Origin: Macrostomum hystrix
Lineage: Eukaryota; Animalia; Platyhelminthes
Length of the DNA: 64,000 bases
Assembly (NCBI GenBank): GCA_950097015.1
Contig: CATNEN010000024.1
Span: 4,092,001-4,156,000, forward strand
Direction of reading: 5' to 3'
Shown: one piece after another, positions 46,165 through 58,235 of the stretch
How the letters are laid out: each line of letters opens with the position of its first letter
Numbering within the stretch: the first letter of the stretch is position 1
Program-made: the position numbers and the translations under genes
Notes under the pieces: model-generated
Seen by the model: the letters and a program-made list of their open reading frames with translations, nothing else
Told to the model about the DNA's origin: nothing
The model's database searches: none

Positions 46165-47238
46165 ACACTGGGTGAATGAGACACACTGGGTGAATGAGAC
46201 ACACTGGGTGAATGAGACACACTGGGTGAATGGAGGAGATACAGTGTGAGAGAATGAGACACTGGGTGAGCGGAGGACACACAGGATGAGCGGAGGAGAC
46301 ACAGTGTGAGAGAATGAGACACAGTGTGAGAGAATGAGACACAGTGTGAGAGAATGAGACACAGTGTGAGAGAATGAGACACTGGGTGAGCGGAGGAGAC
46401 ACAGGGTGAATGGAGGAGACACAGTGTGAGAGAATGAGACACTGGGTGAGCGGAGGACACACAGGGTGAATGGAGGAGACACAGTGTGAGAGAATGAGAC
46501 ACTGGGTGAGCGGAGGACACACAGGGTGAATGGAGGAGACACAGTGTGAGAGAATGAGACACTGGGTGAGCGGAGGACACACAGGGTGAATGGAGGAGAC
46601 ACAGTGTGAGAGAATGAGACACTGGGTGAGCGGAGGACACACAGGGTGAATGGAGGAGACACAGTGTGAGAGAATGAGACACTGGGTGAGCGGAGGACAC
46701 ACAGGATGAGCGGAGGAGACACAGTGTGAGAGAATGAGACACAGTGTGAGAGAATGAGACACAGTGTGAGAGAATGAGACACAGTGTGAGAGAATGAGAC
46801 ACAGTGTGAGAGAATGAGACACTGGGTGAGCGGAGGAGACACAGGGTGAATGGAGGAGCCACAGTGTGAGAGAATGAGACACTGGGTGAGCGGAGGAGAC
46901 ACAGTGTGAGAGAATGAGACACTGGGTGAGCGGAGGACACACAGGATGAGCGGAGGAGACATAGTGTGAGAGAATGAGACACAGTGTGAGAGAATGAGAC
47001 ACAGTGTGAGAGAATGAGACACAGTGTGAGAGAATGAGACACTGGGTGAGCGGAGGAGACACAGGGTGAATGGAGGAGACACAGTGTGAGAGAATGAGAC
47101 ACTGGGTGAGCGGAGGACACACAGGGTGAATGGAGGAGACACAGTGTGAGAGAATGAGACACAGTGAGAGAGAATGAGACACAGTGTGAGAGAATGAGAC
47201 ACTGGGTGAGAGAAAGAGACACTGGGTGAGCGGAGGAG
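46165..47238. repeat. Composite minisatellite of three related 20-bp monomers forming 60-bp higher-order units
   Basis: Monomers ACACAGTGTGAGAGAATGAG, ACACTGGGTGAGCGGAGGAS and ACACAGGGTGAATGGAGGAG; identical 60-bp lines at 46441-46680. Confidence 0.95.
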
Positions 47239-47658
47239 TCACCGGTCGACTGGAGACAGGCAGTCGTATTAGTGAAAAAGGATATTAACATGAATCCAAC
47301 ATCAAGCCTCCATATACTCGTATTTTTCAGTTTTCAGTCCACCTGCATTCAATTAACACACCCGCCCCAATTGTCCCCATTGGAAGCGATGCAGTCAGCT
47401 GACTATAAAGGGCAATCCAAAAATAGAAAGAAGAGACACTTTCGTATCTGAAGTCCTATGGATGTCAGACGGGCCTAAAATATTACAATTTCGAACCACT
47501 TAAATAACAGGCTGGTAAATGGAATTTAGAAAGTTGTCACATGTAATTCTGACTAAAGAGCTCCATTAAGAGAATTGAGATGAACTGCAGTTGCATTTCT
47601 AAATTGCTACTAATTGCTTTCATATTGACCTGGAAGAGCTCTGAGTAAATAACTTATC

Positions 47659-48605
47659 AGCCAGTCAGCCAGTCAGTCAGTCAGTCACTCAGTCAGTCAG
47701 TCAGTCAGTCAGTCAGCCAGTCAGTCAGTCAGTCAGTCAGTCAGTCAGTCAGTCAGTCAGTCAGTCAGTCAGCCAGTCAGTCAGTCAGGCAGTCAGTCAG
47801 TCAGTCAGTCAGTCAGTCAGTCAGTCAGTCAGTCAGTCAGTCAGTCAGTCAGTCAGTCAGTCAGTCAGACAGTCAGTCAGTCAGTTAGTCAGCCAGCCAG
47901 TCAGTCAGTCAGTCAGTCAGTCAGTCAGTCAGTCAGTCAGACAGTCAGTCAGTCAGTTAGTCAGCCAGCCAGTCAGTCAGTCAGTCAGTCAGTCAGTCAG
48001 ACAGTCAGTCAGTCAGTTAGTCAGCCAGCCAGTCAGTCAGTCAGTCAGTCAGTCAGTCAGTCAGTCAGTCAGACAGTCAGTCAGTCAGTTAGTCAGCCAG
48101 CCAGTCAGTCAGTCAGTCAGTCAGTCAGTCAGTCAGTCAGTCAGTCAGTCAGTCAGTCAGTTAGTCAGCCAGCCAGTCAGTCAGTCAGTCAGTCAGTCAG
48201 TCAGTCAGTCAGTCAGTCAGTCAGTCAGTCAGGCAGTCAGGCAGTCAGTCAGTCAGTCAGTCAGTCAGTCAGTCAGTCAGTCAGTCAGTCAGTCAGTCAG
48301 TCAGTCAGACAGTCAGTCAGTCAGTCAGTCAGTCAGTTAGTCAGCCAGCCAGTCAGTCAGTCAGTCAGTCAGTCAGTCAGTCAGTCAGTCAGTCAGTCAG
48401 TCAGTCAGTCAGTCAGTCAGTCAGTCAGTCAGTCAGTCAGTCAGGCAGTCAGGCAGTCAGTCAGTCAGGCAGTCAGTCAGTCAGTCAGTCAGTCAGTCAG
48501 TCAGGCAGTCAGGCAGTCAGTCAGTCAGGCAGTCAGTCAGTCAGTCAGTCAGTCAGTCAGGCAGTCAGTCAGTCAGTCAGTCAGTCAGTCAGTCAGTCAG
48601 TCAGG
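47659..48605. repeat. (AGTC)n tetranucleotide microsatellite, ~950 bp
   Basis: Directly visible, with recurring variant cassettes AGAC/AGTT/AGCC/AGGC. Confidence 0.98.
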
Positions 48606-49317
48606 CATTTAAAGTAGATTGGCATCTCTAAAGGAATAGCTGAGTAATAGCTGAGTAGACTCACAAGCCAGCTATTAAAACAAAATCAGTGGAGCAAATC
48701 TGCCTTTTCGGCTCAAACAATAGAAAAAAAAAGCATTTCGACCTTGAATTTCAATGTCTAATTCAGCCAACTGGAGGGCATAGCTAGAACAGCTTGCAGC
48801 TATCAGGGTCTCATCTCAAACGGTTGCAACTGCAGACACATTGGGAATTCGGATGTGGGGAGGGGCTCGATAGGGAAGAATGACAAAGCCTGGGTTGGCT
48901 GTTTTCTTTAATCACGCAAGCTCAGCTCGGTGATTAACCCCCGCCGTCACAGGGGAGGGAGGGAGGGGAGGTCGTGTGTTCCCCGGCTGTCTTAGCTGGC
49001 TTTCGGGGTGGGTCAGGAACTCAGGCTTGAGCTCAGGGTCGCAAACTACGCATCAAGAATTGTCAATAATAATTAGAGGACAGATGAGTATAGCCTAGCA
49101 AATTATGAGTCTGCAGTTGCTGGATTGTATTATCTATCTCAGCTGTAGACTGAGCTGCATCTCTTTTTGTGTTGTCAACTGATACGCCTGCTTCTGTCAT
49201 GTTGCGTTTTTCCATCGTCCCACCGCTCTGGCCTTGATTATTCTCGAATCAAGGCATCGAATCAAGCTGGAAAATGCTGAAAATGACGAGCAAATCTAAA
49301 TCAGAGAGCTGGCGCTA

Positions 49318-49915
49318 AGAGGGAGTGATAGTGAGGGGAGAGAGAGTGAGGGAAGAGGGAGAGAGAGGGAAGAGGGAGAGAGTGTGAGGGGAGAGAGAGT
49401 GAGGGAAGAGGGTAGGGAGAGAGTGAGGGAAGAGGGAGTGATAGTGAGGGGAGAGAGAGAGTGAGGGAATAGGAAGAGAGAATGAGGGAATAGGAAGAGA
49501 GAATGAGGGAGTAGGAAGAGAGAATGAGGGAAGAGGAAGAGAGAGTGAGGGAAGAGGGAGTGATAGTGAGGGGAAGAGGGAGTGATAGTTAGGGGAGAGA
49601 GAGTGAGGGAAGAGGGAGAGAGAGAGGGAAGAGGGAAGAGGGAAGAGGAAGAAAGAGAGGGAAGAGGGAGAGAGTGTGAGGGGAGAGAGAGTGAGGGAAG
49701 AGGGTAGGGAGAGAGTGAGGGAAGAGGGAGAGAGAGTGAGGGAAGAGGGAGAGAGAGTGAGGGAAGAGGGAGAGAGAGAGAGAGGGAAGAGGGAGAGAGT
49801 GTAAGGGGGGAGAGAGTGAGGGAAGAGGGAGTGATAGTGAGGGGAAGAGGGAGTGATAGTGAGGGGAAGAAGAAGAGAGAGTGAAGGGAAGGGGGAGAGG
49901 GTGTGAGGGAAGAGA
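49318..49915. repeat. Polypurine (GA-rich) low-complexity tract
   Basis: Almost all A/G on the plus strand, with GAGAGTGAGGGAAGAGG motifs. Confidence 0.92.
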
Positions 49916-50625
49916 GTGACAGAACGTGGGGAATAGAACTGAGTATGTTACAGGAGAGAGTGAGTAAGAGGAGTCGGAAAAGATTAATGCCGAAACGGTA
50001 ATCCGAGTTGTTAGCGATTAGGGAGTCGAAATACTTTCTAGGGTGATGCTGGGGGAGCAATTAAAATGAGCGGAGAAAGCGTAAATGCTGGCCTCAGCAA
50101 ACAGTTGAGTTCATCTGAGCACAGTTTTAGCTGCAGATTAGAAATCTGATGAAGCATTTTAAAATGCATCTGGCATTGGCTTTTAAATCCACAAAGAGGA
50201 GTATCAGGTTTTCCCAGTCAATTGAGCTGTTTTTAGCCTTAAAACCGAGGCTGTAAATTTAGTTTGTCACTAGTAACTTCCGTATCTTTAAAAAGCTGCT
50301 CATCGTCATCTTGACTTTCTGGAGCAAAAGCAAAATCATTTGCCCATGTTGATTTGCTTTGACAGTCTTTGCTTGGCATTGCTTGAGAAGCGCCGACCTC
50401 TGTTTGATCTACTACTCATTTTCAGGTCTTTAACGGCCAGGGATTAGACGGAAATTGTCCTGTGAGAGGCTTCGAATTTTCGGCGTCAAAGTGTTTCCTG
50501 ATTCCATCTTCAATGCTCAGGTCGTTTCCCTCCTCTATTTTAGCTATTTCTGTTCTCGTTTATGGGCACCGAACTGCACCGAGTGAACGGAGTACTGATC
50601 TGCGGCTAAAGTGAAAAACTCGGGA

Positions 50626-51008
50626 ACACTGTCTAACAGGATCTGACACTGTCTAACAGGATCTGACACTGTCTAACAGGATCTGACACTGTCTAACAGG
50701 ATCTGACACTGTCTAACAGGATCTGACACTGTCTAACAGGATCTGGCACTGTCTAACAGGATCTGACACTGTCTAACAGGATCTGACACTGTCTAACAGG
50801 ATCTGGCACTGTCTAACAGGATCTGACACTGTCTAACAGGATCTGAAGGCTCTGACACTGTCTAACAGGATCTGAAACTGTCTAACAGGATCTGACACTG
50901 TCTAACAGGATCTGACGCTGTCTAACAGGATCTGACACTGTCTAACAGGATCTGACACTGTCTAACAGGATCTGACACTGTCTAACAGGATCTGACACTG
51001 TCTAACAA
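50626..51008. repeat. Minisatellite, 20-bp unit ACACTGTCTAACAGGATCTG, ~19 copies
   Basis: Periodicity read directly. Confidence 0.96.
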
Positions 51009-51212
51009 ACAGCGCTATTCGCCTTACAGTTTCGCTCCCGCTCTAACAGATAGTACTGGGGTAATTGGACTCTTGCCTCCTGCCAATGGCGTTGCTCCTA
51101 AAGCACGACCACCCCAACCTCCGTGCGCCAGACTTTGTAGTTGATTGCTGGCTGCTGAGCGCTCGGAAGTGACACTGTCTCACTGATTTCCCGCTCCCAG
51201 CCAAAGCCAGTC

Positions 51213-54200
51213 ATGGACACCTACAAGCTGCTCGTGTGCAGTGTGTTCCAGTGCAACACCTCGGCTAGCAGGAACTTCACCCAGACCATGATGGCTCCTG
51301 TGAATGCCACCAAGCCGAGGTCCGCTAGCAACCTGTTCTACACAGCCGTCACTCCGCTAATCATTCTAATCGGCTGCATTGGCAATTGTCTGTGCATTCG
51401 CGTATTCACAAGGCGTCACTTTGCCAACCAGACGGCCAGCGTGTACTTTGCCTTCCTGTCTGGAGCCGACCTCTTGGTACTCGTGTTCTACGTGGCCCCC
51501 GACTGGCTGCAGAATCAGGACTTTCTGCCCGAGTCCACCAAGAACTGGCTGCAGATGCAGATCGTCTGCCAGCTGTCCCTGTTCTTCTTCTACTCATTTC
51601 GCATGGTCTCCGTGTGGATGCTTGTCACCTCCACTGTCGAGAGATACATCGGTAAGAAATCTTCCATTCCGAATGAAAGTCCATCCACTACCCCATGAAG
51701 GTCCATCCACTACCCCAATGAAAGTCTATCCACTACCCCATGAAAGTCCATCCACTACCCCAATGAAAGTCCATCCACTACCCCAATGAAAGTCCATCCA
51801 CTACCCCAATGAGAGTCCATCCACTACCCCATGAAGGTCCATCCACTACCCCAATGAAAGTCTATCCACTACCCCATGAAAGTCCATCCACTACCCCAAT
51901 GAAAGTCCATCCACTACCCCAATGAAAGTCCATTCACTACCCTCAATGAAAGTCTATCCACTACCCCAATGAAAGTCCATCCACTACCCCAATGAAAGTC
52001 CATCCACTACCCCAATGAAAGTCTATCCACTACCCCAATGAAAGTCCATCCACTACCCCAATGAAAGTCTATCCACTACCCCAATGAAAGTCCATCCACT
52101 ACCCCATGAAGGTCCATCCACTACCCCAATGAAAGTCCATCCACTACCCCATGAAGGTCCATCCGCTACCCCAATGAAAGTCCATCCACTACCCCAATGA
52201 AAGTCCATTCACTACCCCAATGAAAGTCCATCCACTACCCCAATGAGAGTCCCTCCACTACCCGACCGAAAGTCCCAGTCATATCCCAATGCAGGATCCA
52301 GCCCTGTACATCAGCTATAGACATAGTAATATTTTCAGGCATGCTATAAAAGTGCAAACTAGCAATCATATTCTTCGCATCCTAGTCCAAGATGAACTTC
52401 ATTCTTTCCTATTTTCCCCCAGCAGGCAGTTTTTATAGCAAGGTGTCTGTGGAATGTCGATGGTCAGTTTTGGTTATAATTTGGACCCTATCCATCTTTA
52501 TGATGATGTGGCTATGCTGGATATCACCAACCGATTGATAATGAAAAAATAGAATAGAAAAAAAACTGAGTAGAATAGAATAGAATAAAATAGATTATAA
52601 TAGAATTAAATAGAAAAGAATATAGATTAGAATCGAATTTCTGACCCCTTAAAAAATAAATGCCGCCCGCCGCGGATACGAACTCCGGACCTATGCCGAA
52701 CAGCAAATCTTAAACGTCAGAAAACTGTCTTCAACAATCAATGTCAAGCCAATTCCTGAACCTGAGGTCCTATTTAACAAGAGGCCGTTAATAAATAATG
52801 AAAGACGACAGCCTCACAAAGCATCCATGACTCATCATGTAACTGTCCAGAATCGCATAGGAGTAATTAGTTGCTAGGCATAAAATATTTAGTTTAAAAA
52901 GTCCGGCTATAAAGACGGAAGCATATTAATCACAGTGGTCAGGGCAACAGTCAACACCGGTGGACATAAAGTCACGCGTCTGTTCTGTGTGGAAAATAAA
53001 AAATAAAAAGAAGATAAAGAGTGAGCAAAAAGTACAAAATCTAGAAAAATTATCGTTTGCGAAGGCTAAAAGCACTCCAGGATGGAAAAGAAGCGAAAAT
53101 GATAAACTCCATGGCGCTAGATGAAGTTCTGATAAAAATGTTCCTCACAAAAAATTGCATTATTGAAGCGACTGAAATGCTGAAAAAACGGTTTAAGTCC
53201 GTGCACTTTTGCTGGTGGCTCTCACTCTCTCTCTCTCTAACTTCCTGCCCGATTCCCAAAAGCAGAGTTCATTTGGGACTTGTTTCAGACCATGAATGGT
53301 GTGTGCAACGAATGTAGGACTGTCCCATTCGACACGATCCGAGCTGAAACCATGCTGGATAGGAAAAAAAAGATTTTTTTAAAAATATTTCTTTCTATCG
53401 AACAAAAGTTTTTAGTCCAGTTGTCAGTTGGGGACTGGCAGTTAGGGATTCTAATACTTCACAAGTGATGAATATCACTCAAAGCCATGCTAAGCCTTAC
53501 TTCCACGGTACTGTAAATGTGCCAAAACAGACCCTAACCCTAACCCTAACCCTAAACCTAACCCTAACCCTAACCCTAACCAAATAAATTTGGCCTCGCC
53601 GCGGAATCGAGCTCAGGACCTTGGCGATGCAAACGTTTCAAACCGCTTTGCCAAAGAAGCAGCCTTTCACAAAAACAATCCTGATCACGAAAATCCCTGA
53701 AATCAAACAAGAAAAAAATGCAAAAAAAATCATATTACTTGATCCCAGAAAATCTTGATCCTGGATCCTAGAACTAATCCAGATCCCAAACCATTCCCCA
53801 ACTAATCCAGATCCCAAACCATTCCCCAACCAATCCAGATCCCAAACCATTCCCCAACCAATCCAGATCCCAAACCATTCCCCAACCAATCCAGATCCCA
53901 AACCATTCCCCAACCAATCCAGATCCCAAACCATTCCCCAACTAATCCAGATCCCAAACCATTCCCCAACCAATCCAGATCCCAAACCATTCCCCAACCA
54001 ATCCAGATCCCAAACCATTCCCCAACCAATCCAGATCCCAAACCATTCCCCAACTAATCCAGATCCCAAACCATTCCCCAACTAATCCAGATCCCAAACC
54101 ATTCCCCAATTAGTCCAGATCCCAAACCATTCCCCAATTAGTCCAGATCCCAAAAAATTCCCCAATTAGTCCAGATCCCAAACCATTCCCCAACTAATCC

Positions 54201-55986
54201 AGATCCCAAACCATTCCCCAATTAGTCCAGATCCCAAAAAATTCCCCAATTAGTCCAGATCCCAAACCATTCCCCAATTAGTCCAGATCCCAAAAAATTC
54301 CCCAATTAGTCCAGATCCCAAACCATTCCCCAACTAATCCAGATCCCAAACCATTCCCCAACCAATCCAGATCCCAAACCATTCCCCAACTAATCCAGAT
54401 CCCAAACCATTCCCCAACTAATCCAGATCCCAAACCATTCCCCAACCAATCCAGATCCCAAACCATTCCCCAACTAATCCAGATCCCAAACCATTCCCCA
54501 ACCAATCCAAATCCCAAACCATTCCCCAACCAATCCAGATCCCAAACCATTCCCCAACCAATCCAGATCCCAAACCATTCCCCAACCAATCCAGATCCCA
54601 AACCATTCCCCAACTAATCCAGATCCCAAACCATTCCCCAACCAATCCAGATCCCAAACCATTCCCCAATTAGTCCAGATCCCAAACCATTCCCCAACTT
54701 ATCCAGATCCCAAACCATTCCCCAATTAGTTCAGATCCCAAAAAATTCCCCAATTAGTCCAGATCCCAAAAAATTCCTCAATTAGTCCAGATCCCAAACC
54801 ATTCCCCAACTTATCCAGATCCCAAACCATTCCCCAACTAATCCAGATCCCAAACCATTCCCCAATTAGTCCAGATCCCAAACCATTCCCCAACTTATCC
54901 AGATCCCAAACCATTCCCCAATTAGTTCAGATCCCAAAAAATTCCCCAATTAGTCCAGATCCCAAAAAATTCCTCAATTAGTCCAGATCCCAAACCATTC
55001 CCTAACTAATCCAGATCCCAAACCATTCCCCAACTTGTCCAGATCCCAAAAAATTCCCCAACCAATCCAGATCCCAAACCATTCCCATAACACTTTCAGG
55101 CGTCCGTCACCCGATGCTCCGTCGCCGCTTCTGCACAATGCGCAGTGCCAGGCGCATCATCTTCCTGATCGTGACCGTCTGCTACATCCTCTGCCTGTGG
55201 AAGCCGTTCATGCACGTCACCCAGCCAGCTGGCGACGGCGGCTACCGCTGCGGTCAGAGGCCGAGCGTCAGTACCCGTTTGCTGTTCGTCCTGGATACGT
55301 CCTACGCCGCCATGCTGACCATCGTGCCCTCCGTCCTGCTGTTCATCTTCAACTCGCTGATCTCCCGCCAGCTGCTGATTGTCCGCAGGTCCAGGTCCTG
55401 CCTGAATCACGACGTTGTCGGGCACCAGTTTGCGTTCCTGCTAGTCCTGGTGTCGGCCACATTCCTGGCCCTGACCTGGCCCTACTACCTGTGCTGGGTG
55501 ACTAGCTTCATCATCAAGTTCAACATCAAATCGGATGTCTCCACTTCAATGAGCTTCGAGAACGCCATGGTCGGGCTGAACCAGTGGCGCCTTGGCAACG
55601 CAATCTACATCACCAAGACAATGTACTACATGACCTACAGTGTCAATTTCTTTCTCTATTCCTACGCCAGCAATTTCTTTCGTACCGAGATGAAGCGAAT
55701 GTTCACCGTGCGCCGGAGACGCGAGAAGAACAACAGATTCTACCAGGCCGCCACTGAGGACTACCGTCTGGCCCTGCCTGCTTTGGAGGAGTCTAGCGAC
55801 AGCAAGCAGAGCAAATACTCCGCCCTGCTAGACCGCTACAGGAAAATCACTATCAAACGGATGCCGACAATGCGGAAGCCAGCTCAGCAGCAGCAGCAGC
55901 AGCAGCGTCAGCAGATCCCAGAGATGGTACCGATGATGGAGATTGGCAGCAATGCCGACTCTCAGGGCATTCATCCCATCGACTAG
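51213..55986 (+). CDS. Rhodopsin-family (class A) GPCR, peptide-receptor-like, 2 coding exons, 441 aa
   Basis: Exons 51213-51651 and 55100-55986 (phase 1, 1326 nt). TM1 GCIGN, TM2 LSGADLL, TM3 C...VERYIGVRHP, TM4 LW.P, TM6 FL.LTWP, TM7 YSVNFFLY plus a helix-8-like FRTEMKRM. N-glycosylation sequons in the N-terminus. Confidence 0.92.
51674..52262. repeat. Minisatellite, 23/22-bp unit AAAGTCCATCCACTACCCCAATG, ~26 copies, in the GPCR intron
   Basis: Periodicity read directly; starts 22 nt after the donor at 51652. Confidence 0.95.
53532..53581 (-). repeat. Interstitial telomeric-type tract (TTAGGG)8 with one variant unit
   Basis: CCCTAA x4, ACCTAA, CCCTAA x3 on the plus strand. Confidence 0.9.
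53582..53635 (-). mobile_element. SINE family A head fragment abutting the telomeric tract
   Basis: TGGCCTCGCCGCGGAATCGAGCTCAGGACCTTGG...GCAAACG matches ~27781-27830. Confidence 0.8.
53775..55088. repeat. Minisatellite, 28-bp unit AATCCAGATCCCAAACCATTCCCCAACY, ~47 copies, in the GPCR intron
   Basis: Periodicity read directly; runs to ~10 nt before the acceptor at 55099. Confidence 0.97.
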
Positions 55987-56112
55987 GGACTGAGGTTGGG
56001 GGTTCGAATCTGCGATAAAACACTGAGCTTAACTATTTTTATTCTTATCTCCCTCACTTATAAAAGCTTTTTTTGGAAGACTTTTGAATTGCTCCCCAAA
56101 TCTCATTTTGTT

Positions 56113-57515
56113 CCCCATCTAATATCGACTTCTTCCCCATCTAATATCGACTTCTTCCCCATCTAATATCGATTTCTTCCCTATCTAATATAGATTTCTT
56201 CCCATCTAATATCGATTTCTTCACTATCCAATATCGATTTCTTCCCTATCTAATATCGATTTCTTCCCCATCTAATATCGATTTCTTCCCTGACTCATAT
56301 CGATTTCTTCCCTATCTAATATCGATTTCTTCCCCATCTAATATCGATTTCTTCCCCATCTAATATCGATTTCTTCCCTATCTAATATCGATTTCTTCCC
56401 TATCTAATATCGATTTCTTCCCCATCTAATATCGATTTCTTCCCCATCTAATATCGATTTCTTCCCTGACTCATATCGATTTCTTCCCTATCTAATATCG
56501 ATTTCTTCCCCATCTAATATCAATTTCTTCCCCATCTAATATCGACTTCTTCCCCATCTAATATCGATTTCTTCCCCATCTAATATCGATTTCTTTCCTA
56601 TCTAATATCGATTTCTTCACCATCTAATATCGATTTCTTCATCATCTAATATCGACTTCTTCCCCATCTAAAATCGATTTCTTCACCATCTAATATCGAT
56701 TTCTTCACCATCTAATATCGATTTCTTCCTTATCTAATATCGACTTCTTCCCCATCTAATATCGATTTCTTCCCTATCTAATATAGATTTCTTAACCATC
56801 TAATATCGATTTCTTCCCCATCTAATATCGAATTATTACCCATCTAATATCGACTTCTTCCCCATCTAATATCGATTTCTTTCCCATCTAATATCGAATT
56901 ATTCCCCATCTAATATCGACTTCTTCCCCATCTAATATCGATTTCTTCCCTATCTAATATAGATTTCTTCCCCATCTAATATCGAATTATTCCCCATCTA
57001 ATATCGACTTCTTCCCCATCTAATATCGATTTCTTCCCATCTACGAGTAATATCGACTTCTTCCCCATCTAATATCGATTTCTTCCCCATCTAATATCGA
57101 TTTCTTCCCTATCTAATATCGATTTCTTAACCATCTAATATCGATTTCTTCATCATCTCATATCGGTTTCTTCCCCATCTAATATCGATTTCTTTCCCAT
57201 CTAATATCGATTTCTTCCCCATCTCATATCGACTTCTTCCCCATCTAATATCGACTTCTTCCCCATCTAATATCGATTTCTTCCCCATCTCATATCGATT
57301 TCTTTCCCATCTAATATCGATTTCTTTCCTATCTAATATCGACTTCTTCCCCATCTAATATCGATTTCTTCACCATCTAATATCGACTTCTTCCCCATCT
57401 AATATCGATTTCTTCCCCATCTAATATCGATTTCTTCCCCATGTCATATCGATTTCTTCCCCATCTAATATCGATTTCTTCCCCATCTCATATCGATTTC
57501 TTCCCCATCTAATAT
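56113..57515. repeat. Minisatellite, 22-bp unit CATCTAATATCGATTTCTTCCC, ~63 copies
   Basis: Periodicity read directly; lies downstream of the GPCR stop. Confidence 0.96.
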
Positions 57516-57979
57516 CGTTTTAGTCCCCTTCGATATTAATTTTTCGCTATCTGAAATCGCTTTCATTCGCATTCGAACACAAGAATTTGTATACCAGATA
57601 TTTTTCTTTGTTCTGCGAAAATCCCAGAACTGTGAATATCTACTTTAGTAGTCTAAAGTAGAAGGCAAAGTTTCAAAGTTATCGCGCCGACTATAATTCT
57701 AGACCTATTATCTTTGGCACTGTAAATTTAGTCACTATCAATGTCTTAAAAACTGACTCTTAAACGAAACAAAACAAAAAAAATTGTCAGCAAAGTTCTG
57801 AGTGCAAGCCCCCCATGTTTTTTGTCGTCATTGTTTAAATGAATTACTGTTTTAAGTACCAATGCGAACACCTCATTCCAGACTACCATTTGAGCTACTG
57901 CGTCAGCTACTGTATTTTACTATCTGATAATGTTTTATCTAAATAAAAATAACTTATTAAATATAAATACCTAACTCTA

Positions 57980-58235
57980 AAACCCAGACCCCAAATCATA
58001 AATCCCAAAGTCCAATCCCTAAATCACAAATCCTAAATCCTAAATCCTAAATACCAAATCCTAAATATCAAGTCGTAAATCCCAAATCCTAAATCCCAAA
58101 TCCTACAACCCAAATCCTAAATCCCAAATCCTACATCCCGAATCCTAAATCCCAATTCCTAAATCCCAAATCCTAAATCCCAAATCCTAAATCTCAAATT
58201 CCAATCCCGAAATCCCAAATCCTAAATCCCCGAAA
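57980..58235. repeat. Degenerate 7-bp repeat AAATCCY
   Basis: Alternating AAATCCC and AAATCCT units. Confidence 0.85.

Noticed and set aside
52905-52925. TAAAGACGG resembling part of a flatworm SL RNA as I recall it
   Set aside because: Only ~9 nt match, with no following leader, donor or Sm site.
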